Notes: generated from the sequence alone by a model not told the origin. Numbered from the stretch's first letter, positions 32,842 through 47,014 are shown. The stretch is DNA of 64,000 bases from Hormiphora californensis (GCA_020137815.1 CM035360.1:4898001-4962000), one strand, 5' to 3'. Made by a program: numbers and translations.

Positions 32842-35800
32842 CTACAACATAGGAACCAACTTCCCATTGATCACCTGGAACTTTGGTTTGCTCCTTCCCG
32901 CATCCTGCCCGCTAGGTTTCTCTGCTACATTCTTGGCTGGCTCTGCATCATGTTCCTGGAAGGGAGACCCAGGTGGGGCAGGCTTGATGGGAGTTTTAGC
33001 AGGTCGGTGGAATAGGGCCTCTCGAGAGTAGGCAGCACGAGCGGGGGTGTTAGACTGCTTCAGCGGGGACTGTTGCCTTGCTGAAGGTGACTGTGACGTC
33101 TTCAGAGGTGACTTGTATGATGACTGAGACGTCTTGACAGGTGACTTGTAAGATGACTGGGAAGTCTTCAGAGGGGAGGTGTAAGACGTCTTCAGTGGGG
33201 AAGTGTAGGAATTCTTCAGCGGTGAGGTGTAGGGAGACCGTTGCTTCTTCACAGGAGATCTAACAGGAGACTCAGACCTCCTTTTTACTGCGGTGTAGTG
33301 AGGAGAGGAGGAGGGTTGGGTAACCTCCTGAGCAGTATTCTCTTTCTCATCATCTCCAATTGTACTGGTGGATGACCCAAACCAGTCCTCTATAGACTTC
33401 TCAGTAGGACGTCTCCTATAGATCTCCTCCTCTTCCTCTTCCTCTTCCTCCTCTTCCTCTTCAAAGATGGGAGCAAAGCTTTCTTTTGCTAGATCGTTAG
33501 TTGAGTAGCTCGGACCAATGGCGGTCATATCTTGTACAGCTGAAAGAGATGTGAGAGTAGGAACGAGATTGTGAAGAATACAACAAACATTAGGCCATTA
33601 TTATGGCAGATAAAATACATAAATCAAGTTGGTTTGTTTTCCCAAAACTAACAAACAAATATAAACAAACAGCCCTACCTCGAGGTGGTGTGAAAGGTGC
33701 AGCTCCCTCCTTCATAGTAGAAGTCAGTGGGGTGTTTCTTGTCACCTTCCTGTTAGGTGTTTTACCCTTCCCTGATACTGGTGTCACCGACCCTAATGTC
33801 ACCTTCTCCTCACTCTTCACCCCAGGCCGGAATGAGGGAGGAGAACCGATCGAGGAAACCCCGTCAGTTTCATTTTGTAGGTTTCCAAATGCATCGTCAA
33901 TCATTTTCTCAAAGTCCGTAACGAAGGAGGATGGGGTTCCACCGGGGGTGGATGTGGGTGTGTTGGAGATTTTAGAAGCAGGGGATTCTGGCTCCTGTAA
34001 CAGAGTGTAAGTGATGATTTAGGGACTCTAAGAAAGCATATTGAAATGTCGTTTGTGGTTAAATCTAGCATTCTACTGTGCTGAGAGCTGTGGCAATATT
34101 ACCTCTTCATATAAGTTCCGTATTCCCTTCTTGTCCTTCAGATCTGATCGATTGGGGCTATTCAGATTGTTTGTCCCACCCTGACTCTGTCGGGGTACCC
34201 TGGGGCCCGGTGTCCTCCTCTGCTGCGGTGTCGGTGGAGCTGGAGACTTCTTTGACCTGGATAGAAGTGAGTTAGAGAAGCCTTTCATACTACATGACTG
34301 TACCGTCGCCAACACTGCTCGAGTCCCTCTCATCACCGGGATCCCGTGGGACTTTGGTCCGGTTCAGAGAGGGCAGTCTTTTGTAAGACAAGGAGAAGGG
34401 AATAAGTGATTGAGAGAGCAAAATCATATCATATCGGCCATATAATCACATGCTATCACGATTAAATACCTGGAATTATGTCGACCTTCACCCCCACTAG
34501 CTTGCCTTGCTTCACCTCCACTACTCTGTGGAATGGGAGCTTTCCTCTTCTTCTCTCGTCCACTTATATCAACCTGACAAACAGAGGGATTCATACAAGC
34601 AAAACATAGTAATAGGATTCATAGTTTGACTGTGACTTGATATGAGGTGATATCAATTGATCATAATAATCTAGAACATACCATAAGTTGAGGTGATTGT
34701 TTAGAAGAAGATGGAGGAGTATCTTTAGAGATACAGGCTGCACGATAGCTCTGATTACTGATTGGCCTTCGTGGAGTCTGCTGCTGCTGCTGTTTCTGGT
34801 TAGATGACGAGGAGGGAGTATCCATCCTGAAAATAATTCTGTTTACTTCACTATCCACAGTCCTGATCCCAACGGCTCACAGATAAGATCTAACAACTTC
34901 TATTCAGAAATCTATTGACCATAGCACTCTCTCATGCTCCGAAACTCTTGAATCATTCATACAGTGTCAGGCGACAATGAAAACAATATATCTTACTCTA
35001 TAGGTGGTGCAGTTGGTATCTTGCTAAGAGAGGGTGGTCGAGGTGCCGGTCTATCTGGCCTCCTCTGAGCCCCCTCCCACTGCACATTAGCCACAGGGAC
35101 CCTTGAAAACTTGTGCATGGACACATAGGTAGCGTCTGAGACCCTGTCTTTGTTCGATTTGGAGGACGGAGTATCGTAGTCGAGTTTGTTTCGTGATACA
35201 GGTGGGGGACCTGCTACTCGTCGTGTGGGGGTCAGGTCCACGGAACGGGATCTCCTTCTACTTGATTTAGCTGGTTTTGAGCTGAAAATATGAGAGTTTA
35301 CAATCATGATTCGGTTTAAATTACATGGCAATTTGTATAAATTTTGAGCAGTAATTGGCCAACCCCGAATCTCATATTTTAGTGAGTTGTGTCCAAAAGG
35401 CAAAAAGTAAGTTTTGTCTATAAAGTATAATTTACCATGTCTTTGCTCGAGATCTAGAATCGACAGTGGGTGTGGGCGGTGCAGGAGTCTTCTTGGATCT
35501 CTCCGCACTCTTGCTTCTCTTCATCGAACTAAACAGCTTATCTTTCCTGGAATTGGAGTTTTATTTTTTTTCTGGAAATTTCTGGAAAAGATCTTCTTCA
35601 TCAACATTCAAATTGTACAGTCGGACTCCGATTTACCGGGATTTGCCCAGTACAATCGGTGGACGATACACCTAGTAAACACAAACCTGGAGCTCCTCTG
35701 AGCTTGATCAAACTGGGCTCTGTACGAGGGTAGACATGGCGCTGAGGGGGTGTAACAAAACTGGGAGGAGGAGGGAGTACCATCGAAAGGTCGGGGTGGT

Positions 35801-38800
35801 TTTGGCGGGGCTGTCTTTAGTGGAGAGGGGTAGGTACCCTCATTATCAGCGTTGCTTAGTTTGTTGGGATGCCATGCACTCGCGTTTAGAATGGCCTTGT
35901 GAAGAGCTGAAAATAATTAGGTCATTAGTTAAATTAACAAGAGTTATGCCTAAACAACTTGAATCTCTACAGATAACACTATAAAAGTGACTAATTTAAC
36001 TCAGTCCTCAGATTCCTAATTCTCTAACTCACCTATTTCCCACAAAATCCGATCCTCTTTTGTGTCAGTACTGACATAGTGGTCTGTGTAGGGGCTCCGG
36101 TTGTAGCAGATGTGTATTGTGTGGGGTCTCTGGACACTGCTCTTCGGTACATGGTCCAGCACCATGTGCTACAGGGGGAGAGGGGGACATTGAGACAAAT
36201 TCTTAGGTGTCCCACTGACCCAAAAACAAAAACAAAGAAGTATCACGTAAATCAACTATTTACCCCATTACCTCATTAACACTGATGGTCATGCAGGGTT
36301 CCTGTGTTCCCTGATCCTCTGGTCTTTTCCAAACGCGGAGGTACATACCGTGAAGGGAACACCAACTTCTCGCCCAGTGTGGCATACCTCCTGTCATGTG
36401 CTGCACATCTGGTGGTGGAGGAGTTGTCTTTATGAAGGAGCACAATTGTGTTTATAAAGGAGTACAATTGTGTTTATGAAGGAGTAAAACTGTGTTTATG
36501 AAGGAGCACAATTGTGTTTATGAAGGAGTAAAACTGTGTTTATGAAAGAGCACAATTGTGTTTATGAAGGAGTAAAATTGTGTTTATGAAGGAGTATGAT
36601 GTAGTTTATGAAGGAGCACAATTGTGAAGGAGTAGAATTGTGTTTATGAAGGAGTAACTGCAATTACATACCCAGGAATCCCTCTTTAGTAGGTGTAAGA
36701 GTAAACAGAGGTTTGACCTCTATGTTAGCCCTATAGAAGTTCATTATAGGTAAAGGTGGGAGGTCAGGAAGGAACGTCGGGGCGGTTATATGAGCAGGCA
36801 GTCCTTGGCTGCTATTCTTCAAACTCTGTTTCTTCTGCCATATGTTGCAGTGCGCTAGAGTAAGTGTTGCAGTTCCAGCTATTGCAAATACAGGAACGGG
36901 ATCTGGTTGTTCCACCTGTACATGAGAAGGGTGGTTAGATTAAACTGTTTTACTACACAGATGTGATAGCATGGATAGAGTTCAGAATTAGAGTTTACAC
37001 AGATTTGTCACAGATTGTCCAGGATCGATTAGGCCCCGAGGGCGTGAGTGTCTGATTGTGTTTACACACGGCCCCCGGTCCCTCTAAACACTCGCGTGCG
37101 CGCCAGAGATCCTTGAGGCGGGACTTCGCGCGCTCCGCAAAGTACTCCCAAACTTTTGGGGGCAAGTTTGAATTTCATTTCGTGTAAAACGATCATGATC
37201 ATACACACGGAGAGGGCCCAGGGGTCGGAGGACCGGTGAGAAATATTACTTTTTTCTTTTTCTGTTTGACAGGTTCTTCGGTTTGGGTGTAGTAAAATTC
37301 CAGGTCGATAACAAAATCTGCAGCAACGTCTTTTCTGTAAGGAGAGGGGAGAGAGGTTAGGAAAACAAAAACAGTGGGGCTTGAACTAAAAAGACTAAAG
37401 AGTCGTATGACCATTGTAACTAGCATACAGTTAATTAGTTCATTAATTACAGTGTAAAAGTGTGATCAATGACAACAGTTTCCGTCGTAATATCAAGTCT
37501 TGTAAGAGCTGCCGAGTCAAGGACCTGGGATCCACATCTTATCAAACAAAACACCTGGTACTTCCAACACTCTACAGGGAGGATAATGTATAATTAGGTA
37601 ATTTGTATAATTAGATAATTAATTAGGTGGGGTGCTGCTACTGAAACACAATGACAGGTGACACCTGAGTACTGATATATTTCAATTTCACTGTCATTTT
37701 CACACTAAGTTGGCAGGGAGAGAGTCTTGAGACATGTTCCACTGACAGTGGAACTGGTGTCACACCAAAACTTGCCCAACAGTGTGACAGTCAATGAAAC
37801 TGATACACATAGTGACAGTCAATGAAACTGACACACATAGTGACAGTGGATAGTGGGCATAAGGGGTACGAGATGGAGTTGGCATGTTTTAACCTCCTAC
37901 ACCACCGGTGGAACCCCCCTCCATAGTCCATTCCCACCCCATTGGCCTCCTTTTTGTACTCCCCAGTATCCAGTACCCACCCTAGTGCCTAGTGCCCCCT
38001 AGTTTTGACAGTGTATACCTGCTTTGTATTTGGCAGGTTCGATCTTGCACCACTTCAGTGGGATCATGATATCTGAGGGGCGGGGAGTGTTTTAGAATGT
38101 CAAACAGAGTGTTGTAACCCATCAAACACGAAAAGATGAGTGAGTGTTTTAGAATGCCAAACAGCTATCACCACAGAGTATAATCCATTAGAATCAAACA
38201 CAAAAAATGGTTTTGACAAAACGGAAAGTACATCTAGTTTCTCCTAAAACTAACTGGAAATTGAAACATCTGCAAGTGAGACGGAATCCATCATCTCCTC
38301 TTTCATTATCTGATCCTTGTCCTTCCTGAAACAAAGTATGGATTGGAGTTTGGACAATACTACAAAAAAGTTCTGTCTAATTAGATTCTGTGTATCACAG
38401 CCCTTCCTATAACTTATGAACAACAACTTACAAGTCAGTAAGACCATGTGCATCCTCAACTTCCTTTACATGTTCCCTCTGAAGTGCCGTCATTAGGGCC
38501 AGGGTCCTGCTGTTGGAGGTCAGAATGGTCTTTGCAGCATCCAACCTAGGTGATAGAGAATCGAATTTAATGGATTAGAGAAAGGGAGATTGTGTGTTTT
38601 ACTGTTTAACTTTCACAGTGGACAGATATTATCGTAAACTTGGGGTAAGGCGGATAGGGATATGACGATGGGTCATGGGATAATTGGTATATTTATATTA
38701 GAGAAGGCAAAATATTATTTTACCTCTGTTGTGGGTTACTGCACGCAGAGAGAAGTCTTTGTGCAGCCTCCCTCATATTCATCTCAAATAGCAACCTCTG

Positions 38801-38902
38801 CTCAACCTCACTCTTCTTAACAACTGGAACCTTCTTTTTCTTTGGCCTTCCCTTCCTCAGAATCATCTCGGCAAACCCAAGCTCTCGCCTCGCTTCTTCC
38901 AT
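32842..38902 (-). CDS. RTKN: Rhotekin-like protein (HR1 + anillin-homology + PH) with long Ser/Pro-rich C-terminus, multi-exon
   Basis: EQRLLFEMNMREAAQRLLSACSNPQQR|LDAAKTILTSNSRTLALMTALQR (rhotekin HR1); VSISNIMIPLKW; DFVIDLEFY; AIAGTATLTL; KEGFL / WARSWCSLHGMYLRVWKRPED (PH). Last exon ORF 32842..33528. Internal exon limits not all fixed. Confidence 0.82.
36428..36657 (+). repeat. 22-bp intronic minisatellite (tttatgaaggagcacaattgtg) x~10
   Basis: Fills almost the whole intron inside the PH-domain region. Confidence 0.88.
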
Positions 38903-39149
38903 GGCTACAATTATAGGGGATTATGGAGCTGAAATAATTTGTGTTTCTATCTGTTTAACACAGAGATAGTTTTGTGTTCTGAACTGAACTCCAACAATAA
39001 TAGAGTGAAAATAGTGAGATAAAAGGTTGTAAATTTTGCAATACAATTTGCAATTTGCATACACAAATAAATTATCAAACACACACTCCGGAGACCCCAT
39101 CTGGCTCCATGTCCCATTGTCTGTTACACCTCCCCCGTTGTAGCACGGC

Positions 39150-40558
39150 TCATCCAAGATATGGGACTGTATGGGAGAGATAACCCAGATCCATGAATAC
39201 ATTCAACTCAGCAGGTGAGCCAGCAGCTATTAAGAAGGGTTGGTTCCGGGACACGGTATCCAGATGTAGATCCGTTACTCGAGATAGCTTACTGGTTACC
39301 TAGTGTGAGGATTTAAACTTTAACTCGCCGAAATGGGATATATGCTTATTGCTGACGTCTAGGAGTCCTAGATTTCCTGGTTGTCCTAGACTAGGACAAT
39401 CAGGAAATTGGAATGTAGTCTTACCTTGTATTTTAGTTTGCCAGATAATCCCCAATGGTAGATAAATGAATCATCTCCAGCCGCTATTATGGTATCCTGG
39501 GCGAACTTAGCAATAGAGGGAACACTCCCACCCATATCAAGTAAAGAGACACCGGAATCTGTGGGTCAGGGGAGGGTTAGAAATCTTGGAAATTGGAAAA
39601 TTCAACAGGGTTCATCATTTATGGCCAAATAATATCGCTTTTTCTGGAAGGAGCTATGTTTTGAACCCCTTACCTTCCTTCATGTACCAGAGAGACAAGT
39701 TAGGTCCTCCTCCTACTACCACCCAATCATCCCAGACATCAAGAGCAGTTATGTGGTTCCCTAGTTTGGGTCTCCCCGCACTAGCCCAGGAACTTGGAGT
39801 GAACTGTTTAGAAACACCACCAGTCCTCCTATCCCAAATCTGATAGAATGGTAAGTTGATTGGAATTTGGAGGATTATTGCCATGAAGGGACCAAGAAAG
39901 GATGGTGGAAGTTTTTAGTTTAGTTTCGGTAAGATCAAGACCTACCCTGCAAATCCCATCATAGCCAGCGGACACAAAGTGATAGTCATCTCTCACTTTA
40001 ACAACATTTACTGAGCCACTGTGACCTGTGTAATCTTTACACTTCTGTTGAGTTCTTCCATCAATCTGGCAGAATTATTGTTATTCAAACTGAATTCAAA
40101 CAAACTAGACAACAAATGTTGTCTTGGAAAAATCACGTTGATTGTTGTTATTAGGAATACATCTCGTGACAAAGAACTCTAACTGAACTCACCTCTATAA
40201 TATTGCCATTATCTCCACACGCTAAAACATTCCTTTCCACCCAGGCGACTGAGTAAAACGAGGTATCTGTTTCAATCTTTCCGGTGGCATTTGGGACCCC
40301 CTCCCATTGACAAATTCCCACGCCAGAACTTGTCCCGAGAGCGTAAACTCCATCTTGTTGAGCGGAGCTGTAAATTCTTTGTCCCGTGATACCAGTACAA
40401 AGGCTAGGTCTGCTCTGTGCGGACAGTACGTTTTGTCTGATGTTCACCAGGTACTTTTTCGACAGATTTGAGGAAATTATGACCTCTTCCTGGGTAGGCC
40501 CAGGTATCAAGCAGTCTGCATGAAGGAAGTAACTCTCCTTTATCGCTGGAACAACCAT
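39150..40558 (-). CDS. THOC6: THO complex subunit 6 (WD40), multi-exon
   Basis: YTGHSGSV..FVSAGYDGICR / IWDRRTG..RPKLGNHITALDVWDDWVVVGGGPNLSLWYMK / LIAAGSPAELNVFMDLGYLSHTV; TGA at 39150. Confidence 0.85.
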
Positions 40559-40599
40559 TATCTACACTGCAAAACGCTACAAGACAGTTTTTAAACTTT

Positions 40600-40760
40600 T
40601 AAAATTGAAAATCAGGTGTTTTTTTTGGAAACTTTGATTTTTGAGATTTTACCGAAAATTTTCAAATTTCACTGCAAGCGCCGCGCGCATAAAGGTACGC
40701 GCAAAACGCGCGCTGTCAAAAGTTAGCCGCGCGCATATCGGTCTTGATTTTTCGCGAAGT
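40600..40760. promoter_or_regulatory. Candidate bidirectional promoter between THOC6 (-) and SYS1 (+)
   Basis: Divergent ATGs ~670 bp apart; gcgccgcgcgcat, acgcgcaaaacgcgcgct, gccgcgcgcat cluster. Confidence 0.45.
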
Positions 40761-41230
40761 TCAGTTTTCGTCTGATTTTTTAAAACTTTTCAAATCTCTT
40801 TCTCCTCTTCCTTGGTATCGAATACAGCCGACAGCGGATGCCTGGTATAGCCAATGAGTTTCAGAAGACCCACTTATGATGAGAACGGGAAAAATTACTG
40901 TGTGATTGGTGTAATTTTGCAAAATGCTCCAAAGCTGTCTGGCGTTGCCAGACCCCGTTTCGATTCTCCCTAATCTGAGCACCCAGATCGGGTAGTTGCC
41001 GCCAGACAGCTCCAAAGCAAATTAGAAACTGATGAAGTCCATCGTTGGTATAACAGCAACATTTGTGCGTCGTCGGTCGTATGCTTGTCGGAACAAGTCC
41101 ATAAAAGTTTAAAGTTATTCGTACTGTACGTAATAACCAGTGTACGAATCGTACACTGGTTATTATGCTATTCAGTATTCTCATGATCGTTTGAAATGAA
41201 ATAATAAAACATAAAACTTTTCATAATAGG

Positions 41231-41698
41231 ATGGCAAAGTTTCGGAGCTATGCGTGGGATCCTCTTCTCATCGTTTCCCAGATGTTAACGATGCAGGCTG
41301 CATTCTATTTTGGACTTGCAACCATCATGTACTGTCTAGCCATCTTGCAGATTGAGGAAATTTCCCTGGACAGAATTTTCATCAGTAAAAACAAGGACTC
41401 CCTAGATTTTGTCACCCTATTTGCATACATAACAAACTGTTTTGTAACAGCAGTAGCTCTGTGGTACGTAGTTCAGCGTTCCAAGCAGTGCCTAGATTTC
41501 ACGATCACTGTTCACTTTTGGCATTTCGTCCTGACATGTCTGTGTGTCGGGTTTCCCCGTGTTGCCTCGTGGTGGGGCCTCGCCTTTGTATCTTGCGTGG
41601 TGACCACTGTGCTGGGGGAATATCTGTGCAGGCGGACAGAGCTTGAGGAGATTCCTATTATCAGCGCTCGGCTTGGACCTAATTCTAATAACCCTTGA
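41231..41698 (+). CDS. SYS1: SYS1 Golgi trafficking membrane protein, intronless
   Basis: FRSYAWDPLLIVSQMLTMQ, VQRSKQCLDFTITVHFWH, LGEYLCRRTELEEIP. Confidence 0.95.
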   Translation: MAKFRSYAWDPLLIVSQMLTMQAAFYFGLATIMYCLAILQIEEISLDRIFISKNKDSLDFVTLFAYITNCFVTAVALWYVVQRSKQCLDFTITVHFWHFVLTCLCVGFPRVASWWGLAFVSCVVTTVLGEYLCRRTELEEIPIISARLGPNSNNP

Positions 41699-42590
41699 TC
41701 GCAAAAACGTTTCATGTATAGAGGACTCAGTGACAAATCACAACTAATATTGGGAACAAAGAGGCGGAATTAATAGCATGAAGCTAGATAGCAACTCATG
41801 TGTAGCTGGTTAGTATTTGGTGATTTATATTAATGGGATTATATTAGAAGATTCAAAATGTAAAATTTAGTTTATTATTGCGATTACTAAGTAAATTAAA
41901 TACACATCCTATATTTATTGTCAGCGTGAGATTGATTGTGCTGTCTTTGTGTCGAAATGTGTTTGTTTGTTTGTGAAACTATGTAATGTGTTATTGTGCA
42001 GCTCTATTATAGTTGCTAACCATGTGTCAGCTGTGTACAGTACAAAGTGTACTACTACATACACTGTGCAGTGTGCAATATCTTTGTTGGAAAACCTCGC
42101 CTAAAATCATCCCTCATAAAGTATACTAACATCTCACACCTCAGTTGCAGCAATCGATTTAGCGGGGGAAGAGTTTTTGGTCCTATTATTAGGGAAGGGC
42201 ACATATATTATGATTTTATTGAGAGTTTGCTCCATTGTATACTGTTACAATATAAATCGTTCATAGCTAGAAATATATTGTTATCATCATAACTTGGGAT
42301 TTTGCACAGTTTTCGGTGGTTTTCGTTTCAAAAATTAATCAAATAGCATTGTATTTTGTTCAATGTTTTTACTATCAAAGGTGTATTCATTTTATTTTCC
42401 TCTTTCTCCCCATATCCTTGTCTCTATCTAATTCTTTCTCCTCCACTTTCTATCTCTCTTTCGAAAGAGAGAAAGAAAGCTTTCCCTCTCCCCCGTCCCA
42501 GTTCCCTCTCTCTCTCTATTCTCTCTCACCCCTCTCTCACCCATCTCCTTCCCTCTCACCCCTACAATTACATAGCACAGAGACAGGGGA

Positions 42591-45500
42591 ATGTCAGAGG
42601 AATTGCCCCTAAAATGGAGTATAGAACCGAAGGAAAGGGTCCGTGCTCTCAGTGAGCTGGCCAGTGGGACAGTCAATGTTAGCCCTACTATTCCCATCAA
42701 ACGGTATTACCGATCCGGAATTGAACTGGAGAAAATGGTAATTATGTTATTTGTAGTAGTTTTCAATATTTTGGTTCCAATAATATATACTGCATTAATA
42801 TTTACATACATTTGATCTTTGTCTACTGATAATTGGTGCCTCCTCGTGGGGCATCATGAAACCATTGTATAGACCTTAAAAACTTCCGTTGTTTTTAATT
42901 TGTGTTAATATTTACTTATCTCAATTATTCAGGCTAAAGTTTATGAAGATGAGAAAACATTCGAAAAGGCGTTCTTTCTGTACTGCAAATACACAACGTA
43001 TGTAAACATAATTAATTATATAAATGAAACTTTATTTCTTCTGTGTAGAAAACATTGATCAGTCCTTTATTTACTCACCGCTTTATTTGCTCTGCCGAAC
43101 CCTCACAGAGCACGCTAGATCTGTGAGGGTGTGTCATTTTATAAAATAAAAGGCAATGTGAGCTATACAATACATTACCCATAACTCTAGATCCCCCTGA
43201 CCTATCACTATCTCACTCCCAGATTATTTGTTGAGTGCCTACCAAGACACCCAGAGTATAAGAGTCCAGAGACTAGTTCAGATAGGAAGGCAGTTAGGGC
43301 CAAACTGAAGACCGTGTTTGACCGTGCTGAAACGATAAAGAAAGTGTTAGAGTTGGAGTACGGTGATCAATACAGGAAATGGTGCAAAGACGAACAGATT
43401 AGGGTAATTAGTTTGAAATTTGAAATTAAAATTTTAGTACCTACCTGATATGTAATTGTACTTCTGGATGTCGATCAGTTCGCCTTCCTTCCCTCCCAGT
43501 GGGAGGGCTCCCATTCCAACTACTATTTCTCCCCTCCCTTAGAAAGCAGAGGCAGAACAGCGGCGACTAGAGGAGGAGGCGGGTAGAGAGGCGGCTGAAT
43601 ATGAAGCCCAGAAGAGAGAGATGGAGAGAAAGGAGAGCGAGTTGGCAGAAGAATTGGCACAGATTGAAGCCCAGCTTGCTGAGACTCGTGTTATAGCTAC
43701 TGCTGCAATAGCTGAACCCATCAGGATACCACCACCCATACAGAGGTAATTAGGAGACAATTAACTAATTAGGTATCTCTAACTGGCTCTAACTGGATGG
43801 TAATCAGAGCCTTTAAATTCTGTTTTGCATTGTTTTTATTTCACCCTTTTCTCGCACTCTTTCCAGGCAAGCTACCTATCCCACCCTTGACGGACCAGCA
43901 GCATCTATTCCCAGCCCCCAACTTGTTGGTCCCTCTGCAGCAAACAGCATGGTATCCCTCCCACCCCAGTACTCTGCACAGAGCATGGTGTCCCTACCAC
44001 CAGCACCCTCTGCACAGTCCCTACCTCCCGCCTACCCAGGGGTGACAGCAGCAACACCACAGGTTGATAGGTCCACTAAACCTGCCCTGCCTTCCGTTGA
44101 TAGGTTAGCAATTAGTTAATTAATTATCATTTGAATTGTTAATAATTAACAATTAATTTGCACTCCTCATCTAATTATCAGTATTATCCAATATCCACTC
44201 TTCGTATGTTTTGTGTATCCCCTCCTCACCACCCCTCACTCTCTCCCCCCCTCCCCCAGGACTACTAAACCGATGATGACAGATATGTTTAGCGACCTAA
44301 CAGGAGGTCCACTTCGTCCCGTTGTGGTCCCCACCACACTCCCCGCCAAGTTCCTATCTGTGTGTATTGATAACACACAGAGAAATGTGGAGACATGTGG
44401 AATCTTGGCTGCTAAACTGACTTCAAATAGTTTTACAAGTGAGATATATTGGAATTGGAACTTTATTTGGTAACAAATGAATAGCGGGTTTTCAAGCCCT
44501 GATGTAGTTACTGTGGTTACCATGGTAACTACCGCCCGTACGGTTACTATGGTTACTATGATTCTAACATGCTACTCATTGTCCCAGTTACCCATGTGAT
44601 AATTCCTAAACAACGAGGCACATCAGATTCGTGTCAGACACTACATGAAGAGGAGCTGTTTGAATACCAGGATAAACTGGATTTGATCACTCTCGGGTGG
44701 ATACATGTTAGTTTAACATTGTGTTAACGATGTGTTAGTGTGTTAGTTGCCGTGTTAGAGATGTGTAGTCTATTTTTTCCCTGCCCGGGTGGATGCCCGA
44801 AGGGCATCCACCCGGAATGATCTTTTTAGCACGCACGTGCTAAAAAGATCATTCAGGGTTTAGAAATCAGCAGATCGTGGGGGTTAACTAAATGTCCGTC
44901 CGTCACGGACAACGCCTGACAACGCTCGAGTGCGCTCCTTCATCAAATCAAATAACTGTTTTGATAAAATATGATGTCAGGACGCTTATTTCTCAAATCT
45001 GTGCGCGGCGCTAGTTCTGTGACAGAAACCACAAAGCCGTGCACGTTTCCTTATAGAAAATCCGTTCGGCGAAGCGTGTTACGTTTAGTTGACGCTGCTA
45101 ACTTGCGATGTCGAACTTGGTGGTTGATGAAATGAGTGTTTGGGTTAGGTACTGTCGAATGCTCGTTACTAAGTTTGAGTTAGCGATGTGAGAAGTACAC
45201 ATCGCATGCATCTCACATTACATTGTGACCAAGCCTTGATATTGTGATAGTGTGATGATGAAGGGCAGGGAAACACCGCATTATGAATACATAATGCAAT
45301 AATTCTTGTTTCTGTTATAGTTGTTAGCATCTAAGTGTTAGTTGTTGTGTAATTATGTTAGAGAACTTGAAAGAGTTATAGAGGGTTGAATGTTTCCCCA
45401 GTAAGACTTGTACTGTTTAATCGTGAAATGTGTTAAAAGGTTAACCCTTATTTGGCCTGGTTTATAATACTGCCCCTCTTTACTCTTGTCAATCTCTCAA

Positions 45501-46511
45501 TATCTCTCAGGATCAGACCCTTTTATCTAAAACTATTGAAATGTATGATCTACCCATCCTCACAGGATGCGCCCCTAACCCCACCTCACTTCTTTACTTC
45601 ACATAATACATCCCTGATCCCACCCATTGTATTATGTTTTCCTAACCCCCCCCTTCCTCTTTTCAGACACATCCCTCCCAGTCTGCGTTTCTATCTAGTG
45701 TTGATCTACACACCCACTGTTCCTATCAATTAATGATGAAGGAAGCGATAGCAATTGTGTGCGCCCCCAAACACAACACGTTAGTAAAGGGGTCCTGAAC
45801 CCGTTAATTAGTTGTAACATTGTATTCTGTTTTATTCTAATATTATTCTATTTCACTATATTTGTTAGCTGAGCAAGCTGTTTATAACACATAGTTGTCT
45901 AGTTTCATTGCTAGCAGTAAAGTGAAACACAGAAGCATTTTCTGCTTTGTTCTTCTCTCCTTACACTCACGCTTACACAACGTACAAAGTCACACACAAC
46001 AGGTTGTCTACCTTTACACTTAGATCTTGGCATCGGGCCAAAAAATTAATATCAAGACATTTTACTTTTGCTAGAAACTAATCTAGGTAGGTATTATATG
46101 TATGTGTGTGTGTATATATATGTACTGACTGGTATGTATTTTTGGTAACGAAGTATCCCCTTGTCAGCGCGTGCGAGGGATTATTTCGTTACCAATATGT
46201 ATTATATTGACAGTTTCCCATTTTAGGACGGGTATTTTCTCTCTGACTGACCCTCATGGTATGGATGTGGTTAGTAGGTGTTCTCAAGTGGGCTTCCACC
46301 CTCATCCTACCGTCCCTCAACTGTTCGAGGTAAAGGGGAGAGATAGATAGAGATAGAATGCGAAACAGAGAATGAGTTAGTGAGTGAGAAAGAGATATAG
46401 GGGGTCTGGAAACTAAAAATGTAACGCTAAGACACAATTATATTTCTGCAGGATAGTAAACACGTTATAATGGATCCAGGCATTGCTACCCAGGTTATAG
46501 ATCTCAGATAA
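42591..46511 (+). CDS. STAMBP: AMSH/STAM-binding protein JAMM deubiquitinase (~10 exons)
   Basis: [12 protein letters not shown] / [12 protein letters not shown] (MIT); [13 protein letters not shown] / [23 protein letters not shown]|[17 protein letters not shown] (JAMM) / GFHPH / VIDLR*. Confidence 0.95.
44771..45310 (+). mobile_element. HINE/DINE-1-like element, copy 2 (STAMBP intron)
   Basis: Same ends and hairpins as 20151-20580, plus gtccgtccgtc microsatellite at ~44894. Confidence 0.65.
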
Positions 46512-47014
46512 GGGTCTACCGCTTACTGATCTAATTATTCTGAGAAATCTTACTTTTCTGTCAATTTTTGGGAAAATTCCAATTCAAAGTGGAGTATACT
46601 GGAAGAAGCGTGCTGGCCAGATTGGTTCTTGTATGTGGGTGTGTTCAGTAGAATTTCTCTGTTTTGTAGAGATGGGGATTACTTGTCTGTGACAATTATG
46701 GCAGGGGCTGGTTTCTGTTGTGTGTGTTTTCTTTTTCTATTCAAACAGAGAGTTGGAATGTGCTGAGTTCCAATGTTTTACAACTTTTTGAAAGTGATCT
46801 GTAGAAAATTGTACGCTTTTAAATTTTTGATTTTATCCCAAGTTCAAAAGAAATATTTGGAAGTTGTAGTGAATTTAAATTCTCTTTTAAAGTAGAAATT
46901 GATTGAAATTTGTTATAATATGTACGATTACGTGTCCTCTTTTTCTCCTCCTCTTTTTCTCTTAGCCCCATTTTAGTTCATGTAGAGAAGGATGTGTGAG
47001 AGAGAGGGAGAGAG

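Noticed and set aside
36428-36657. 22-bp repeats as a CRISPR array
   Set aside because: No unique spacers, no cas genes, intronic in a eukaryotic gene.
40860-41040. U3 or other defined snoRNA
   Set aside because: Box C/D-like words exist but no U3 box A/A' or terminal stem; kept only as a weak finding.
41020-41100. Hammerhead ribozyme suggested by ctgatga
   Set aside because: No stem II followed by GAAA and no closing helices found.
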